Assembly: GCA_050013255.1 (NCBI GenBank)
Contig: JBEKFP010000001.1
Span: 1,248,001 to 1,312,000, forward strand
From: Candidatus Bathyarchaeia archaeon
GTDB taxonomy: Archaea; Thermoproteota; Bathyarchaeia; 40CM-2-53-6
Reading direction: 5' to 3'
Length of the DNA: 64,000 nucleotides
Part shown: piece by piece, positions 50,353 through 58,724 of the stretch
How positions within the stretch are numbered: position 1 is the first letter of the stretch
Layout of the letters: each line of letters opens with the position of its first letter
Made by a program: the position numbers and the translations under genes
Notes under the pieces: generated by a model
The model's database searches: none
What the model saw: only the letters and a program-made list of their open reading frames with translations
Told to the model about the DNA's origin: nothing

Positions 50353-51642
50353 GTGGCGGAGTCGCTCAGAGACCCAGTCAATTTCGCACGCAACTTCCTA
50401 AACTTCGAACCCTTCCCATACCAGGAAGAATTTCTACGCGACGAGTCCCACCTCATCGCTGCCTGCTGCGGCCGACAAGTCGGCAAAACCACCCTAGCCG
50501 CAATCAAAGCCCTACACTACACCCTAGCCAACAACCCGGTTCGCACCCTAATCATCAGCGCCGGCCTAAGACAGAGCATGATACTCTTCGACAAAATCCT
50601 TGAGAAGACCGAGGCCGCTGTCCCAGCCAAGGTTCTAACGAGCTACAAATCCAGAACCAAGATTCGTTTCGCGAATGGGTCAGAGATTGTGGCCCTACCC
50701 TGCGGAAGGGACGGTTCAACGTTGCGGGGATTTACCGCGGATATGGTCATTCTTGACGAAGCGAATTTCATACCGAGAATTGTCATCGACTCCGTCATTA
50801 GGCCCACAATGATAACGCGCCCTAATTCGAGGTTGATTATGATTTCGACGCCTTGGGTGCGGGACCACCCGTTCTATGAAGCCATCAGCAAACCCGAGCT
50901 AGGCTTCAAAACGTACACTTGGCCCTCATCGATTAGCCCGCTAATTACGCCTGAGAAGCTTGAGGTGGAAAGGAACACGATTGGAGAATATGACTTCAAC
51001 CGTGAGTACAACGCCGCCTTCATTGACGACGAGTTCAGCTACCTACCTAGCAAATTAGTGCTAAGCTGTACCGACAGCTATGAGCTGAACGGAGAGCCAG
51101 GACCCGGGGAGAGGTACAAAGGCGAATACCTCATCGGAATAGATTTCGGAAAACACACCGACCACTCCGCAATCGCCGTCTTAGAGAAGGCTGGCGATGA
51201 TCTTCGCCTCGTCTACCTGAAGGAACTGCCGCTGGAGACCTCCTACACGGCGGTGATAGGCAGTGTGAGGAGGTTGAACGAGGCGTACGCCTTTGCGGCG
51301 GGATGCCTCGACAAGACGGGAGTGGGTGAAGGGCCCTACGAAGAGATCAAACAATTCATGCGAGGAATGGAAGGAGTCACCCTAACCGCACAAATGAAGG
51401 AAGACCTCATGGGCAAACTGAAACTCGCCTTAGAAAAAGGCAAACTCACCCTCCCAAGAGACAACCCACAACTCCTAGTCCAGATGACGGCGCAACAATG
51501 CGAAGCCACTAAGTCCGGGACGCTGAGGTTCAGCCACCCAGCCGGCACGCATGACGATCAATTGTGGAGCCTTGCATTAGCCATCTACGCATCACAACAG
51601 CAGACTCGACCGAACTTTAAGCCAATTACTCGATCTTTCTGA
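50353..51642 (+). CDS. terL: Terminase large subunit
   Basis: PYQ, Walker A GRQVGKT, Walker B ILDEA, STP, nuclease GIDFG..D and HDD. Confidence 0.92.
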   Translation: MAESLRDPVNFARNFLNFEPFPYQEEFLRDESHLIAACCGRQVGKTTLAAIKALHYTLANNPVRTLIISAGLRQSMILFDKILEKTEAAVPAKVLTSYKSRTKIRFANGSEIVALPCGRDGSTLRGFTADMVILDEANFIPRIVIDSVIRPTMITRPNSRLIMISTPWVRDHPFYEAISKPELGFKTYTWPSSISPLITPEKLEVERNTIGEYDFNREYNAAFIDDEFSYLPSKLVLSCTDSYELNGEPGPGERYKGEYLIGIDFGKHTDHSAIAVLEKAGDDLRLVYLKELPLETSYTAVIGSVRRLNEAYAFAAGCLDKTGVGEGPYEEIKQFMRGMEGVTLTAQMKEDLMGKLKLALEKGKLTLPRDNPQLLVQMTAQQCEATKSGTLRFSHPAGTHDDQLWSLALAIYASQQQTRPNFKPITRSF

Positions 51643-51859
51643 CATCAGCCCAAAAAGCACACAATCCAACTCAATCTCCCAACCAAATAACACAAGCATC
51701 TCACAACCAATGACGCTACTCGCCGCTGCCGGAGGCATTGGCGTGCTCCTCGGCGCAGCGATAGTTATTCTTGCCATTCATTCCAGGCAAGGAAATAGGC
51801 CGAAGACACGGAGAACACGGTCTCATACCTTGACTAGCCTGGCATCATCTGTCTGTTGA
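51641..51859 (+). pseudogene. C-terminal remnant of a membrane-anchored surface protein
   Basis: Ser/Thr/Gln linker (SISQP twice), TM (LLAAAGGIGVLLGAAIVILAI), basic tail; no N-terminal domain. Confidence 0.4.
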
Positions 51860-52072
51860 ACAAAATGACCGTTGTTTTGGCCTTCGCTGAGAGAGATGAA
51901 GAATGAATTGAGATCAGATCGTTCCGATGTTTGACCTGAGCGTAATGTTTTGTCAGATTCTTTCATAAATCGTCGGAGAAATATCTACTCAGCAGGATTC
52001 CTGACAGAACTGCCTGGTCGTAGGTCTGAGTGACAAGCGGCGCCCACGCCGACATTTCCATTAACAGAACCG

Positions 52073-52648
52073 TTAGTACTGAAAGCCTTTGACGGCTTTC
52101 TGCACACCGTGGTATTGACGAACCATGTCTGTCAATTCTACTAATAGGTCAACAACTATCTCGTCTTCAAGTTCAGCCAGTGTCTTGATTGCCTTGCGCT
52201 GGTAGTTCCCTCTTATGAGAGTTTTCGGCTTAACGTCCTTCATGAGAAAGGCGTACACCTTGTTTGAAGAACCTTTTAGTTCCTTCAGGGTGTGTGATGG
52301 ACGGGCATAGTACACGAGTGTAGTCATGCCACGTTTGATGGCGTCCAAGAACTCTAGCTTAGTCCGTTCAGAGTACTCTTTGCCGAACAGTCCGACATAC
52401 ATCTGACTCTTGTTCATCCCATCTGTCATTTTCTTTTCGATATCGCCTCCTCGACCATACTCGACGACCTCGGCGAAAAATAGCGGCTGGTAGTACGGCT
52501 CATCTGCTGCGCCCTTTTCATGCTCTCCGACTTTGCTATAGTTGACCACCTGCACCGAGTCAAGTGTTCTTTTGAGTTGCGCACGAAAATCTGAGAACTC
52601 GTCTTCGTGGGAGCTGATGAAGACGTGAATCGGTTCAGGAGGATTCAG
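52073..52648 (-). CDS. DUF4062 (TIR/NDT-like fold) protein
   Basis: Frame extends to CTG 52648, giving VFISS..EF...R; S.MYVGLFG.EYS..T..EF..A. Confidence 0.75.
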   Translation of the reverse strand: MNPPEPIHVFISSHEDEFSDFRAQLKRTLDSVQVVNYSKVGEHEKGAADEPYYQPLFFAEVVEYGRGGDIEKKMTDGMNKSQMYVGLFGKEYSERTKLEFLDAIKRGMTTLVYYARPSHTLKELKGSSNKVYAFLMKDVKPKTLIRGNYQRKAIKTLAELEDEIVVDLLVELTDMVRQYHGVQKAVKGFQY

Positions 52649-52670
52649 ATGTCCTCAGCCCGTCAGACGC

Positions 52671-52958
52671 TTAGCGCTTCTTCATCTTTTTAGGGCGCTT
52701 GGCTTTCTTGCGAAGCTTGTCCATCAGGACGCCTACATGATTGGGCGATATCCCTAGGATTCGGGCTATCTCTACATTGCGCAGAAGTGGTTCTTGTTGC
52801 TGGTCGTCCTCAGTGCCCGCAGAGCTTAGAAGTTCAACTCGCTGCAACAGAGTCAGTTTCCTGTCGTCGCTTGTGGGCAAAGAAAGAATCACACTTAGAA
52901 GGATATCTAGTCTCTTTACGACGTCTTCGAAATCAAATGACGCTTTCTTTGTAGCCAT
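52671..52958 (-). CDS. Small HTH protein, class B
   Basis: VVKRLDILL...QRVELLSSAG...EIARILGISPNHV. Confidence 0.75.
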   Translation of the reverse strand: MATKKASFDFEDVVKRLDILLSVILSLPTSDDRKLTLLQRVELLSSAGTEDDQQQEPLLRNVEIARILGISPNHVGVLMDKLRKKAKRPKKMKKR

Positions 52959-53042
52959 TGCAAACCCTTTTGAAATTAAATACACCAAGATGCTTTTAGG
53001 TTCTTGTATGTTTGTGCCAACAATTAGAAAGGAGGTGCTCAT

Positions 53043-53201
53043 ACGAAATCGAGCGAACTGAGGCAACTGACGACCGAATTGCGAGACGTGAAGAAACTAC
53101 TTGTCCTGATTGCCGTCAAGAACAAAGCCAGTCAAACGGAAGTCGGCAAACTTCTAGGGATTACAGATCGGCAAGTACGCAATCTGCTGGTCGGAAAATG
53201 A
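53043..53201 (+). CDS. Small HTH protein, class C, not in the ORF track
   Basis: Hand translation ..ELRDVKKLLVLIAVKNKASQTEVGKLLGITDRQVRNLL; GGAGGTG upstream; start codon uncertain. Confidence 0.65.
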   Translation, partial: TKSSELRQLTTELRDVKKLLVLIAVKNKASQTEVGKLLGITDRQVRNLLVGK

Positions 53202-53252
53202 CTTAGTCTTAATAGCAACACGAAGTCATCTTACTCCATTCAGTGAGGTGCT

Positions 53253-53351
53253 ATCCTGATTGCCTCTAAATCGGGTGCAACACAACCCGAAATTGGAAGG
53301 GCACTTGGTGTTAGTGACCATCAGGTTAGAAGAATCCTAGAGGGAGAATAG
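53253..53351 (+). pseudogene. 5'-truncated class C HTH paralog
   Basis: ILIASKSGATQPEIGRALGVSDHQVRRIL aligns without gaps to the preceding ORF; in-frame stop just upstream. Confidence 0.65.
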
Positions 53352-53389
53352 GTGACGGGAATCGTCAGCGAGGAATCAAGGGTGAAAAA

Positions 53390-53758
53390 GTGACAGGCCC
53401 ACTAGAGAAGGATGTAAGGGAGATAAGATGGCGAGTCGAGGGAGTTGAGAAATCAGTAGACCTTCTCGTTAGAGCCAATCGGCCAGAAATCATCGCAGAC
53501 CTGATGAAATTCTTCGGATGGTCAAAAGAAAGGGTGAAGGTGTTTTTGGCGGTGGATGGTGTGAAAACGGTAGAGGCAATCAAGAATGCCCTGAAAATGA
53601 AAAAGTCGCACGTCTCAGCTAGAATAACCGAACTCAAAGATGAGGGGCTGATCGAGCTGAAGAGGATCACACCAGAAGGCTACTACATATACACAAAGAC
53701 AGAGAAGGTCAAAATCCTAAACCTTGAACGCAAGCTCAGAAAGCAATTCCACCTCTAA
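53390..53758 (+). CDS. Winged-HTH protein, class A
   Basis: N-terminal amphipathic helix, then VFLAVDG.KT...I...L.M.KSHVS..I.EL..EGLI. Confidence 0.8.
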   Translation: MTGPLEKDVREIRWRVEGVEKSVDLLVRANRPEIIADLMKFFGWSKERVKVFLAVDGVKTVEAIKNALKMKKSHVSARITELKDEGLIELKRITPEGYYIYTKTEKVKILNLERKLRKQFHL

Positions 53759-53769
53759 CGGCACAAACA

Positions 53770-54525
53770 ATGTCTAGACTCTCAAACTCCGAAGCACGGG
53801 CTCAACTCCAATCTGATATTCTAAACATCTTTCACAGTAATGATTGGAAAGACACGGACGATTTCTCAGTCAAGCTAACAGCCAAGATCATGTCTGAAAA
53901 GGCTACTTCAAAACACGATATCAGAAGGTCGATTGATTCCATCCGAACTACATTCTTTCGAGCCAATGCAATCTCAAAGGAGAAAGTGTTGCGAACGCTC
54001 TTCGAGACTTTGAGCGAGAGTCTTCCATCCTACGTCTACAATGCGTCTGACAGACTCATGGTGAGCGACCTCTTCCCCGAGATCAGGAAAATATCGGATG
54101 AGGTAGCTGAGGGACGCCTAAGCAGCTTCCAGAAGGACGAAAGAACCCTTCAGGACAATCTGCGCCACGTCTTTAGGAGTAAACATGCGAGTATCCCTAG
54201 GAGAACCCATGATTCTTCTAAAGAGGTCGCAGACCTTGAGAAATTCGTTCTGAACCTCAACGGGAGGAACCTAAGTTTCGCCGTCGTTGTGAAGGGATAC
54301 AAGAGCATCAAGAAGCCAAAGCTGACTTGGGAGGATCTTGCTCATCAGATTACTAAGGCAAGGCGAGCCAATCCAGACCACATTCTTGTCATGAGCGCCA
54401 AGGAGCCTGTTGATGAACTCATCACGAGCATTGAGGAATATAACGAGGACATTTCTCGTCCAGGTTGCGTGATCTTCATTCCACCTCTCGACATGACTCG
54501 TATCTTTGTTGCGAATGGGTTTTGA
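53770..54525 (+). CDS. Putative PD-(D/E)XK-like (restriction-type) nuclease
   Basis: E...Q, E.ADL, F.VVVKG, HQI.KA arrangement; fold call inferred. Confidence 0.5.
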   Translation: MSRLSNSEARAQLQSDILNIFHSNDWKDTDDFSVKLTAKIMSEKATSKHDIRRSIDSIRTTFFRANAISKEKVLRTLFETLSESLPSYVYNASDRLMVSDLFPEIRKISDEVAEGRLSSFQKDERTLQDNLRHVFRSKHASIPRRTHDSSKEVADLEKFVLNLNGRNLSFAVVVKGYKSIKKPKLTWEDLAHQITKARRANPDHILVMSAKEPVDELITSIEEYNEDISRPGCVIFIPPLDMTRIFVANGF

Positions 54526-54671
54526 GCGGGGTGCGGCTAAGCGTCTACGATTAGAGCCTAGTGTTAGTGTGTGAGATTGGGGCTCAGCACGGTTCGCTTC
54601 TGCTAACGCCATGTATTGTTATATACACAGTTCAGTCTTATGACATCAGAGACGTCGGAGGTGTGAAAGTC

Positions 54672-54854
54672 ATGCCAGATAAGGAATCAGAAGAACTACA
54701 GAGTATTCGAAATCTGTTGATGTTATTGCTATTCAAGATGGGGGCAACTGACGACGAGGTCGCTATTGCTCTGAATGTGACGCAGGGGCGTGTGAGCCAA
54801 ATGATGCCAGCGAGGGGAATAAAGCCCGCGCACGTTGAATGCACCACGAAATAA
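54672..54854 (+). CDS. Small HTH protein, class C
   Basis: EELQSIRNLLMLLLFKMGATDDEVAIALNVTQGRVSQM; GGAGGTG RBS. Confidence 0.75.
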   Translation: MPDKESEELQSIRNLLMLLLFKMGATDDEVAIALNVTQGRVSQMMPARGIKPAHVECTTK

Positions 54855-55037
54855 CCGAACGACACGCTGTTCTGAAAAAGAGAGTTATTGCGAAGATCTC
54901 CGACATGGAGCTTTTGCGTCTGCGGGACAACCCTCCGAAGCCTCGCCCCTGTTGCTCAATGGGTAGTGGAATCGTCTACACAATATTGCTTGAGAGAAAC
55001 ACGGCTGGGCAACCAGGTTAGAGAGGGGGAAAGGTCA

Positions 55038-55328
55038 ATTTCTAACAGTGAACGAAATCATATTCAGAGGCTAGATGCTATCATTCAAAGATTGGATGTT
55101 TTGATTAGCCTGTCGATTCCGCCCCCGCAACCAACAGTCAAGCTTGGCAAGGTCGAACAAGCAGTGTACAGCCTGTGCGACATGCAACATGCTAGGAGAG
55201 ACATGGCCATGACCTTGAACAAAACTGTAAACCTCATAGATGTGACGCTCAATAGCTTAAGGAGAAAGGGCTTGGTCAAGCCGGTTGAAATTGGAGACCG
55301 GACATGCTACGTCCGCTTGAAAGGATAA
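55038..55328 (+). CDS. Winged-HTH protein, class A
   Basis: IIQRLDVLISL...VYSLCD....DMA..LNK....I...L..L..KGLV; start uncertain. Confidence 0.7.
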   Translation: MSNSERNHIQRLDAIIQRLDVLISLSIPPPQPTVKLGKVEQAVYSLCDMQHARRDMAMTLNKTVNLIDVTLNSLRRKGLVKPVEIGDRTCYVRLKG

Positions 55329-55352
55329 AATCGTGGAAGCTAGGTACAACAA

Positions 55353-55826
55353 TTGACTGATGGTCTGGTCGATATCGCAAAGATGGTGGGGACGATCTCG
55401 GTCGCAATTATGTCAATTTCAGTAGTCACCTATGCCCTTGCTGTTCCCAGATTGCAGACTGCACTCTCACTCAGCCTAAAGACGATTCAAGGGAGCAAAG
55501 CAGAGCTTGAAAAGAGAATACAGGAAGAGAGCCTTGCTCTCACAGAAATTGAGGGTCAGCTGAAGAACATCGCGGACGAACAGAAAGAAATGAATAAAGT
55601 CGTCACAAGGCTCAGCTGGAGCAGGGTTGTGTTCGTGCCAGTGATTATGGCTTTTCTCGCAATCGGGGTTACTGCCATATTGTTGGAATATCCTGACCTG
55701 TACCCATTACCACTTCTTCTTGTGTCGATAGCCCTTGTGCTGGGGACTTTTACACATTTACTGGGCAGCCTTCGGCTGATAGAACAGACAACGGTTAGAC
55801 CTGAAATAAGCGTTGGAGGAGGTTGA
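55353..55826 (+). CDS. Three-TM protein with coiled-coil loop
   Basis: TM, charged heptad region, two further TMs. Confidence 0.7.
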   Translation: MTDGLVDIAKMVGTISVAIMSISVVTYALAVPRLQTALSLSLKTIQGSKAELEKRIQEESLALTEIEGQLKNIADEQKEMNKVVTRLSWSRVVFVPVIMAFLAIGVTAILLEYPDLYPLPLLLVSIALVLGTFTHLLGSLRLIEQTTVRPEISVGGG

Positions 55827-55830
55827 AGTC

Positions 55831-56118
55831 ATGAGCGAAAGCCAGAAGGAACTTAGGGAAATCTCAACCAAGCTGGACATGATACTTGCACTAATGAGAG
55901 TTGCATTTCGTGACGCTATAGAAGCCGCAAAAGAAAAATCATTTGCTCGTTCTGACATAAAGAAGTCAATCTACGAACTGTGCGACGGCAAGAACACCGT
56001 TGATGACATGGCTAAGGAATTGAAGGTATCGTCAGCCTACGTGCGAGTCTATTTGGGAACGCTTGAAGAGGCGGGACTCGTCGTTAAAAAGGGGAGCATC
56101 TACGAGAAAGTTGTATAA
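55831..56118 (+). CDS. Winged-HTH protein, class A (ArsR-like)
   Basis: ELREISTKLDMILAL...IYELCDGKNT..DMAKEL.VS..YV...L..LEEAGLV. Confidence 0.82.
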   Translation: MSESQKELREISTKLDMILALMRVAFRDAIEAAKEKSFARSDIKKSIYELCDGKNTVDDMAKELKVSSAYVRVYLGTLEEAGLVVKKGSIYEKVV

Positions 56119-56186
56119 CCACTAGACCGTATGATCTTGTAATGTCTGATCAGCGGCAAACTGCGTTTCTATTATAAGGTGATTAA

Positions 56187-56405
56187 ATGTCGAATAATGA
56201 ACAAATCAACGAAAGCGAGATCGTAAAGAGACTTGATGCAATCATAGCATTGCTCGCACAAACCGGAGACAGAAAAATCGGTGAGAATATGGTAGTGCTC
56301 CGGAATGCTGGACTTAGACCGACCGAGATTAGTAAGATATTGGGCAAATCACTAAGTCACGTCACGAAAGAACTTGCACTCGCAAAGAAGATTGAAAAAA
56401 AGTGA
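56187..56405 (+). CDS. Small HTH protein, class B
   Basis: IVKRLDAIIALLA...LRNAGLRPTEISKILGKS. Confidence 0.8.
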   Translation: MSNNEQINESEIVKRLDAIIALLAQTGDRKIGENMVVLRNAGLRPTEISKILGKSLSHVTKELALAKKIEKK

Positions 56406-56459
56406 AACCGAAACGTCGAGATGTAGCTTCTGCACCAGGTTCTCTACGTCGGTGAAAGT

Positions 56460-56690
56460 ATGGACGCCAGACAATTTGCGGAACTCTCGAAGAAAATGGA
56501 CATTGTAATCAAGCTTCTGGCGTCGAACGTAGTTCAAGGCAAAAACCTCACACAACAAGCGGCAATGCTTTCCGCAATCGGCTTAGAGATAAAAGATATC
56601 GCTCTGATATTAGACAAAGATTCACATCTGATCAGTCAAACATTGTACCGGGTGAACAAGTCGAAAAGCGGTAAGGAGGAGACGAAGTGA
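56460..56690 (+). CDS. Small HTH protein, class B
   Basis: LSKKMDIVIKLLA...QQAAMLSAIGLEIKDIALILD. Confidence 0.8.
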   Translation: MDARQFAELSKKMDIVIKLLASNVVQGKNLTQQAAMLSAIGLEIKDIALILDKDSHLISQTLYRVNKSKSGKEETK

Positions 56691-56953
56691 GCGATCAGGA
56701 GACGAAGCTCGATAGATTGATTGAACTAGTTGAGGCGCTTCTTCGCACGAGGATTTCTGAACTGCTTGATAAGGAACTTGATGACCCGAAGAAGAGGAAG
56801 TTGTATGAACTCACAGGCAAGAAGAGCGTACGCGAACTCAGCGATTTAACTGAACTATCAACAGGTGCAATATCAAAAATCTGGCAAGGATGGCATTCTA
56901 AAGGTATTCTGAGGAAGCAAGGTATGTACTACGTCAAATTACTTGAAGAGTAG
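56687..56953 (+). CDS. Winged-HTH protein, class A
   Basis: KLDRLIELV...LYELTG..SVRELS..T.LS.GAIS..W..W...GIL; GTGA overlap with the previous gene. Confidence 0.8.
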   Translation: MSDQETKLDRLIELVEALLRTRISELLDKELDDPKKRKLYELTGKKSVRELSDLTELSTGAISKIWQGWHSKGILRKQGMYYVKLLEE

Positions 56954-56960
56954 ACTAAGG

Positions 56961-57134
56961 ATGGCTGAAAGGGAATTGAAGGAATTGCAAGCCATCAAGA
57001 AACTTTTGGTGTTGCAACTATTGAATGAGGACATCAAGGCTGATGCCATTGCCGATCTCTTGGGAATGGATCGTGCCGATTTTAGTCGAATGTTTCCGGT
57101 CAGGAAATTGTTGAAACGAACGCAGCGCGAGTAG
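56961..57134 (+). CDS. Small HTH protein, class C
   Basis: ELQAIKKLLVLQLLNEDIKADAIADLLGMD. Confidence 0.75.
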   Translation: MAERELKELQAIKKLLVLQLLNEDIKADAIADLLGMDRADFSRMFPVRKLLKRTQRE

Positions 57135-57135
57135 C

Positions 57136-57933
57136 ATGGTTGATCTTCAAGAACTGATAATCCGAGGCAGAATTATGTTTGATGGTGCAAACAGACGGCT
57201 CGAAGTTTTCGAATTAGTAAATGGGCGATCAACAAAAGAGATAGTTAGAAAATCTGGTAGAAGTTTATCTGCGATTGATCAAGACATAGAAAAACTCAGG
57301 GATATGGAACTAATCCAAGAAAAGAAGGATGGTAAGGGAAATGTCATCAAGAAAGACGGAAGCATAGTGTACGAAAAGTCGCCATTGATTAGGCATATAC
57401 CCATTTCGTATTTCAGAGATGTGGCCGATACCAGCAAGCTCGTCAAAAAGACGAAGAAGGGGCGAACGAGGATTTCCAAACCTGCAAATATCCACGTGCC
57501 GTCGGAGAACGAAATTCTTGACATCTGCAAGGAAGGAGAAGACCAATTGTATGAATTCAAAGCCCCCGGTGTGAGCACGGATAAGATAACGAAGGAAATC
57601 GCTGGATTCTTACATACAAAAGGTGGAGGTATACTCCTCTATGGAGTTGAGGACGACGGGAGTATTATCGGAGCCGATATGAGGAGACAAGACTTCGACC
57701 AGAAAATACAGAATTCGGTCAGGAACACGATTTCCCCACCACCATCGATAGAAATCAAAGAGCGGGCAGTAATGGGTTCCGCTGTGCTGCTGGTAGTTGT
57801 TCCTCCTTGGGATAGAAAGGCAATTTATCAAAATACTCTAGATGGAAGGTACTACATACGACGTGGCACGAATATTTTTGCGCTAAAACCTGATGAAATA
57901 AAGAAGCTTTCTCAAGGAATTTTCGTTGTTTGA
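57136..57933 (+). CDS. wHTH fused to AlbA_2 (Schlafen-like) domain
   Basis: N-terminal class-A-like wHTH; GEDQLYEFK, EIAGF...GG.LLYGVEDDG.I.G, YYIRRG. Confidence 0.85.
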   Translation: MVDLQELIIRGRIMFDGANRRLEVFELVNGRSTKEIVRKSGRSLSAIDQDIEKLRDMELIQEKKDGKGNVIKKDGSIVYEKSPLIRHIPISYFRDVADTSKLVKKTKKGRTRISKPANIHVPSENEILDICKEGEDQLYEFKAPGVSTDKITKEIAGFLHTKGGGILLYGVEDDGSIIGADMRRQDFDQKIQNSVRNTISPPPSIEIKERAVMGSAVLLVVVPPWDRKAIYQNTLDGRYYIRRGTNIFALKPDEIKKLSQGIFVV

Positions 57934-58010
57934 TTTGGATGGAACCGATATGAACCATGTTGGTTAGGCAGGCTAGGCAAAAGCGAGTATCGGATCGATA
58001 ATTACTCATA

Positions 58011-58568
58011 GTGAGGAAGTTGTTGGAGGCAAGTCGGAGAAAAGGGCAATGCTTCTTCTGTGGAGAGAAGGCTACGCAAGCCATTGACCTTCATCACAGA
58101 ATCCCTCAGAGCATAACGAGAAGAATCCCGAAACTCGTTCGAACCGAAGTGCTCGACGAGATCTTCGGAAAGAACTCGCAGAGACTCTATTCGCTGTGCG
58201 GAAGTTGCCATAAGAAACTTCACTCTGTCTTGAGACCGTTTGAGAAAAGCATCCTGCTATTTTCTGACATAACTAATCCGGAAAAGGAAGTGGTCTATCA
58301 GAAAATGAAGGACAGAGCTCTCATGATCATCAGCGCAGACGGAAGAAAGGAAGATACGGCTAATGTTGAACGAGTGGTTGCGAAACTTGAGAAAAAAGGG
58401 CTCGATAGAGAAGAATCTATCCGATTGCTGAAGGATCTTAGGAATGACGGGCCCATCTACTTTGTGCTGGTTGACGAGCCGAGTGCAGGGCATGATCTGA
58501 GTTTCATAAACAAGATCACATACGACTATGAGAGTGTCATGAAGGCTAGAAAGAGGCTCAGAGCGTAA
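58011..58568 (+). CDS. HNH endonuclease with C-terminal wHTH-like domain
   Basis: CFFCG...HH.IP...LCGSCHKKLH. Confidence 0.75.
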   Translation: MRKLLEASRRKGQCFFCGEKATQAIDLHHRIPQSITRRIPKLVRTEVLDEIFGKNSQRLYSLCGSCHKKLHSVLRPFEKSILLFSDITNPEKEVVYQKMKDRALMIISADGRKEDTANVERVVAKLEKKGLDREESIRLLKDLRNDGPIYFVLVDEPSAGHDLSFINKITYDYESVMKARKRLRA

Positions 58569-58696
58569 ATGGGCGCAGATGAATAAGTATCCTACTGCTA
58601 ATTCGAATCTCTATTATTAAGTAGAAATCTGTTCCTACGTGAGTAGAACGAGTTCGAGTGACACAACGGTCAGAATGCTGATTAGTCCCACGACTT

Positions 58697-58724
58697 GTGG
58701 GTTCAAATCCCACCGGCGCCACCA
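58697..58724 (+). other. tRNA 3'-end fragment (T-arm, acceptor strand, ACCA), att-site-like
   Basis: GTGGG-TTCAAAT-CCCAC-CGGCGCC-A-CCA; no matching 5' half upstream. Confidence 0.75.

Larger units (their letters stand above)
48460..58724. mobile_element. Accessory island or degraded provirus/satellite with defence-type cargo
   Basis: TA pair, terS-terL, gene fragments, visibly more AT-rich right half, tRNA fragment at the right end; no integrase; left boundary uncertain. Confidence 0.6.

Noticed and set aside
52671-58568. Integron cassette array as the explanation for the many short co-oriented ORFs
   Set aside because: No consistent attC (RYYYAAC...GTTRRRY) sites between genes; several genes overlap or abut; no IntI. 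One AATAAC...GTTATT pair near 54850-54890 is too short and isolated.
58571-58724. Full or intron-containing tRNA starting at GGCGCAG (58572)
   Set aside because: Acceptor mismatch and no pairable D-arm or anticodon arm; only the 3' 28 nt are tRNA-like.
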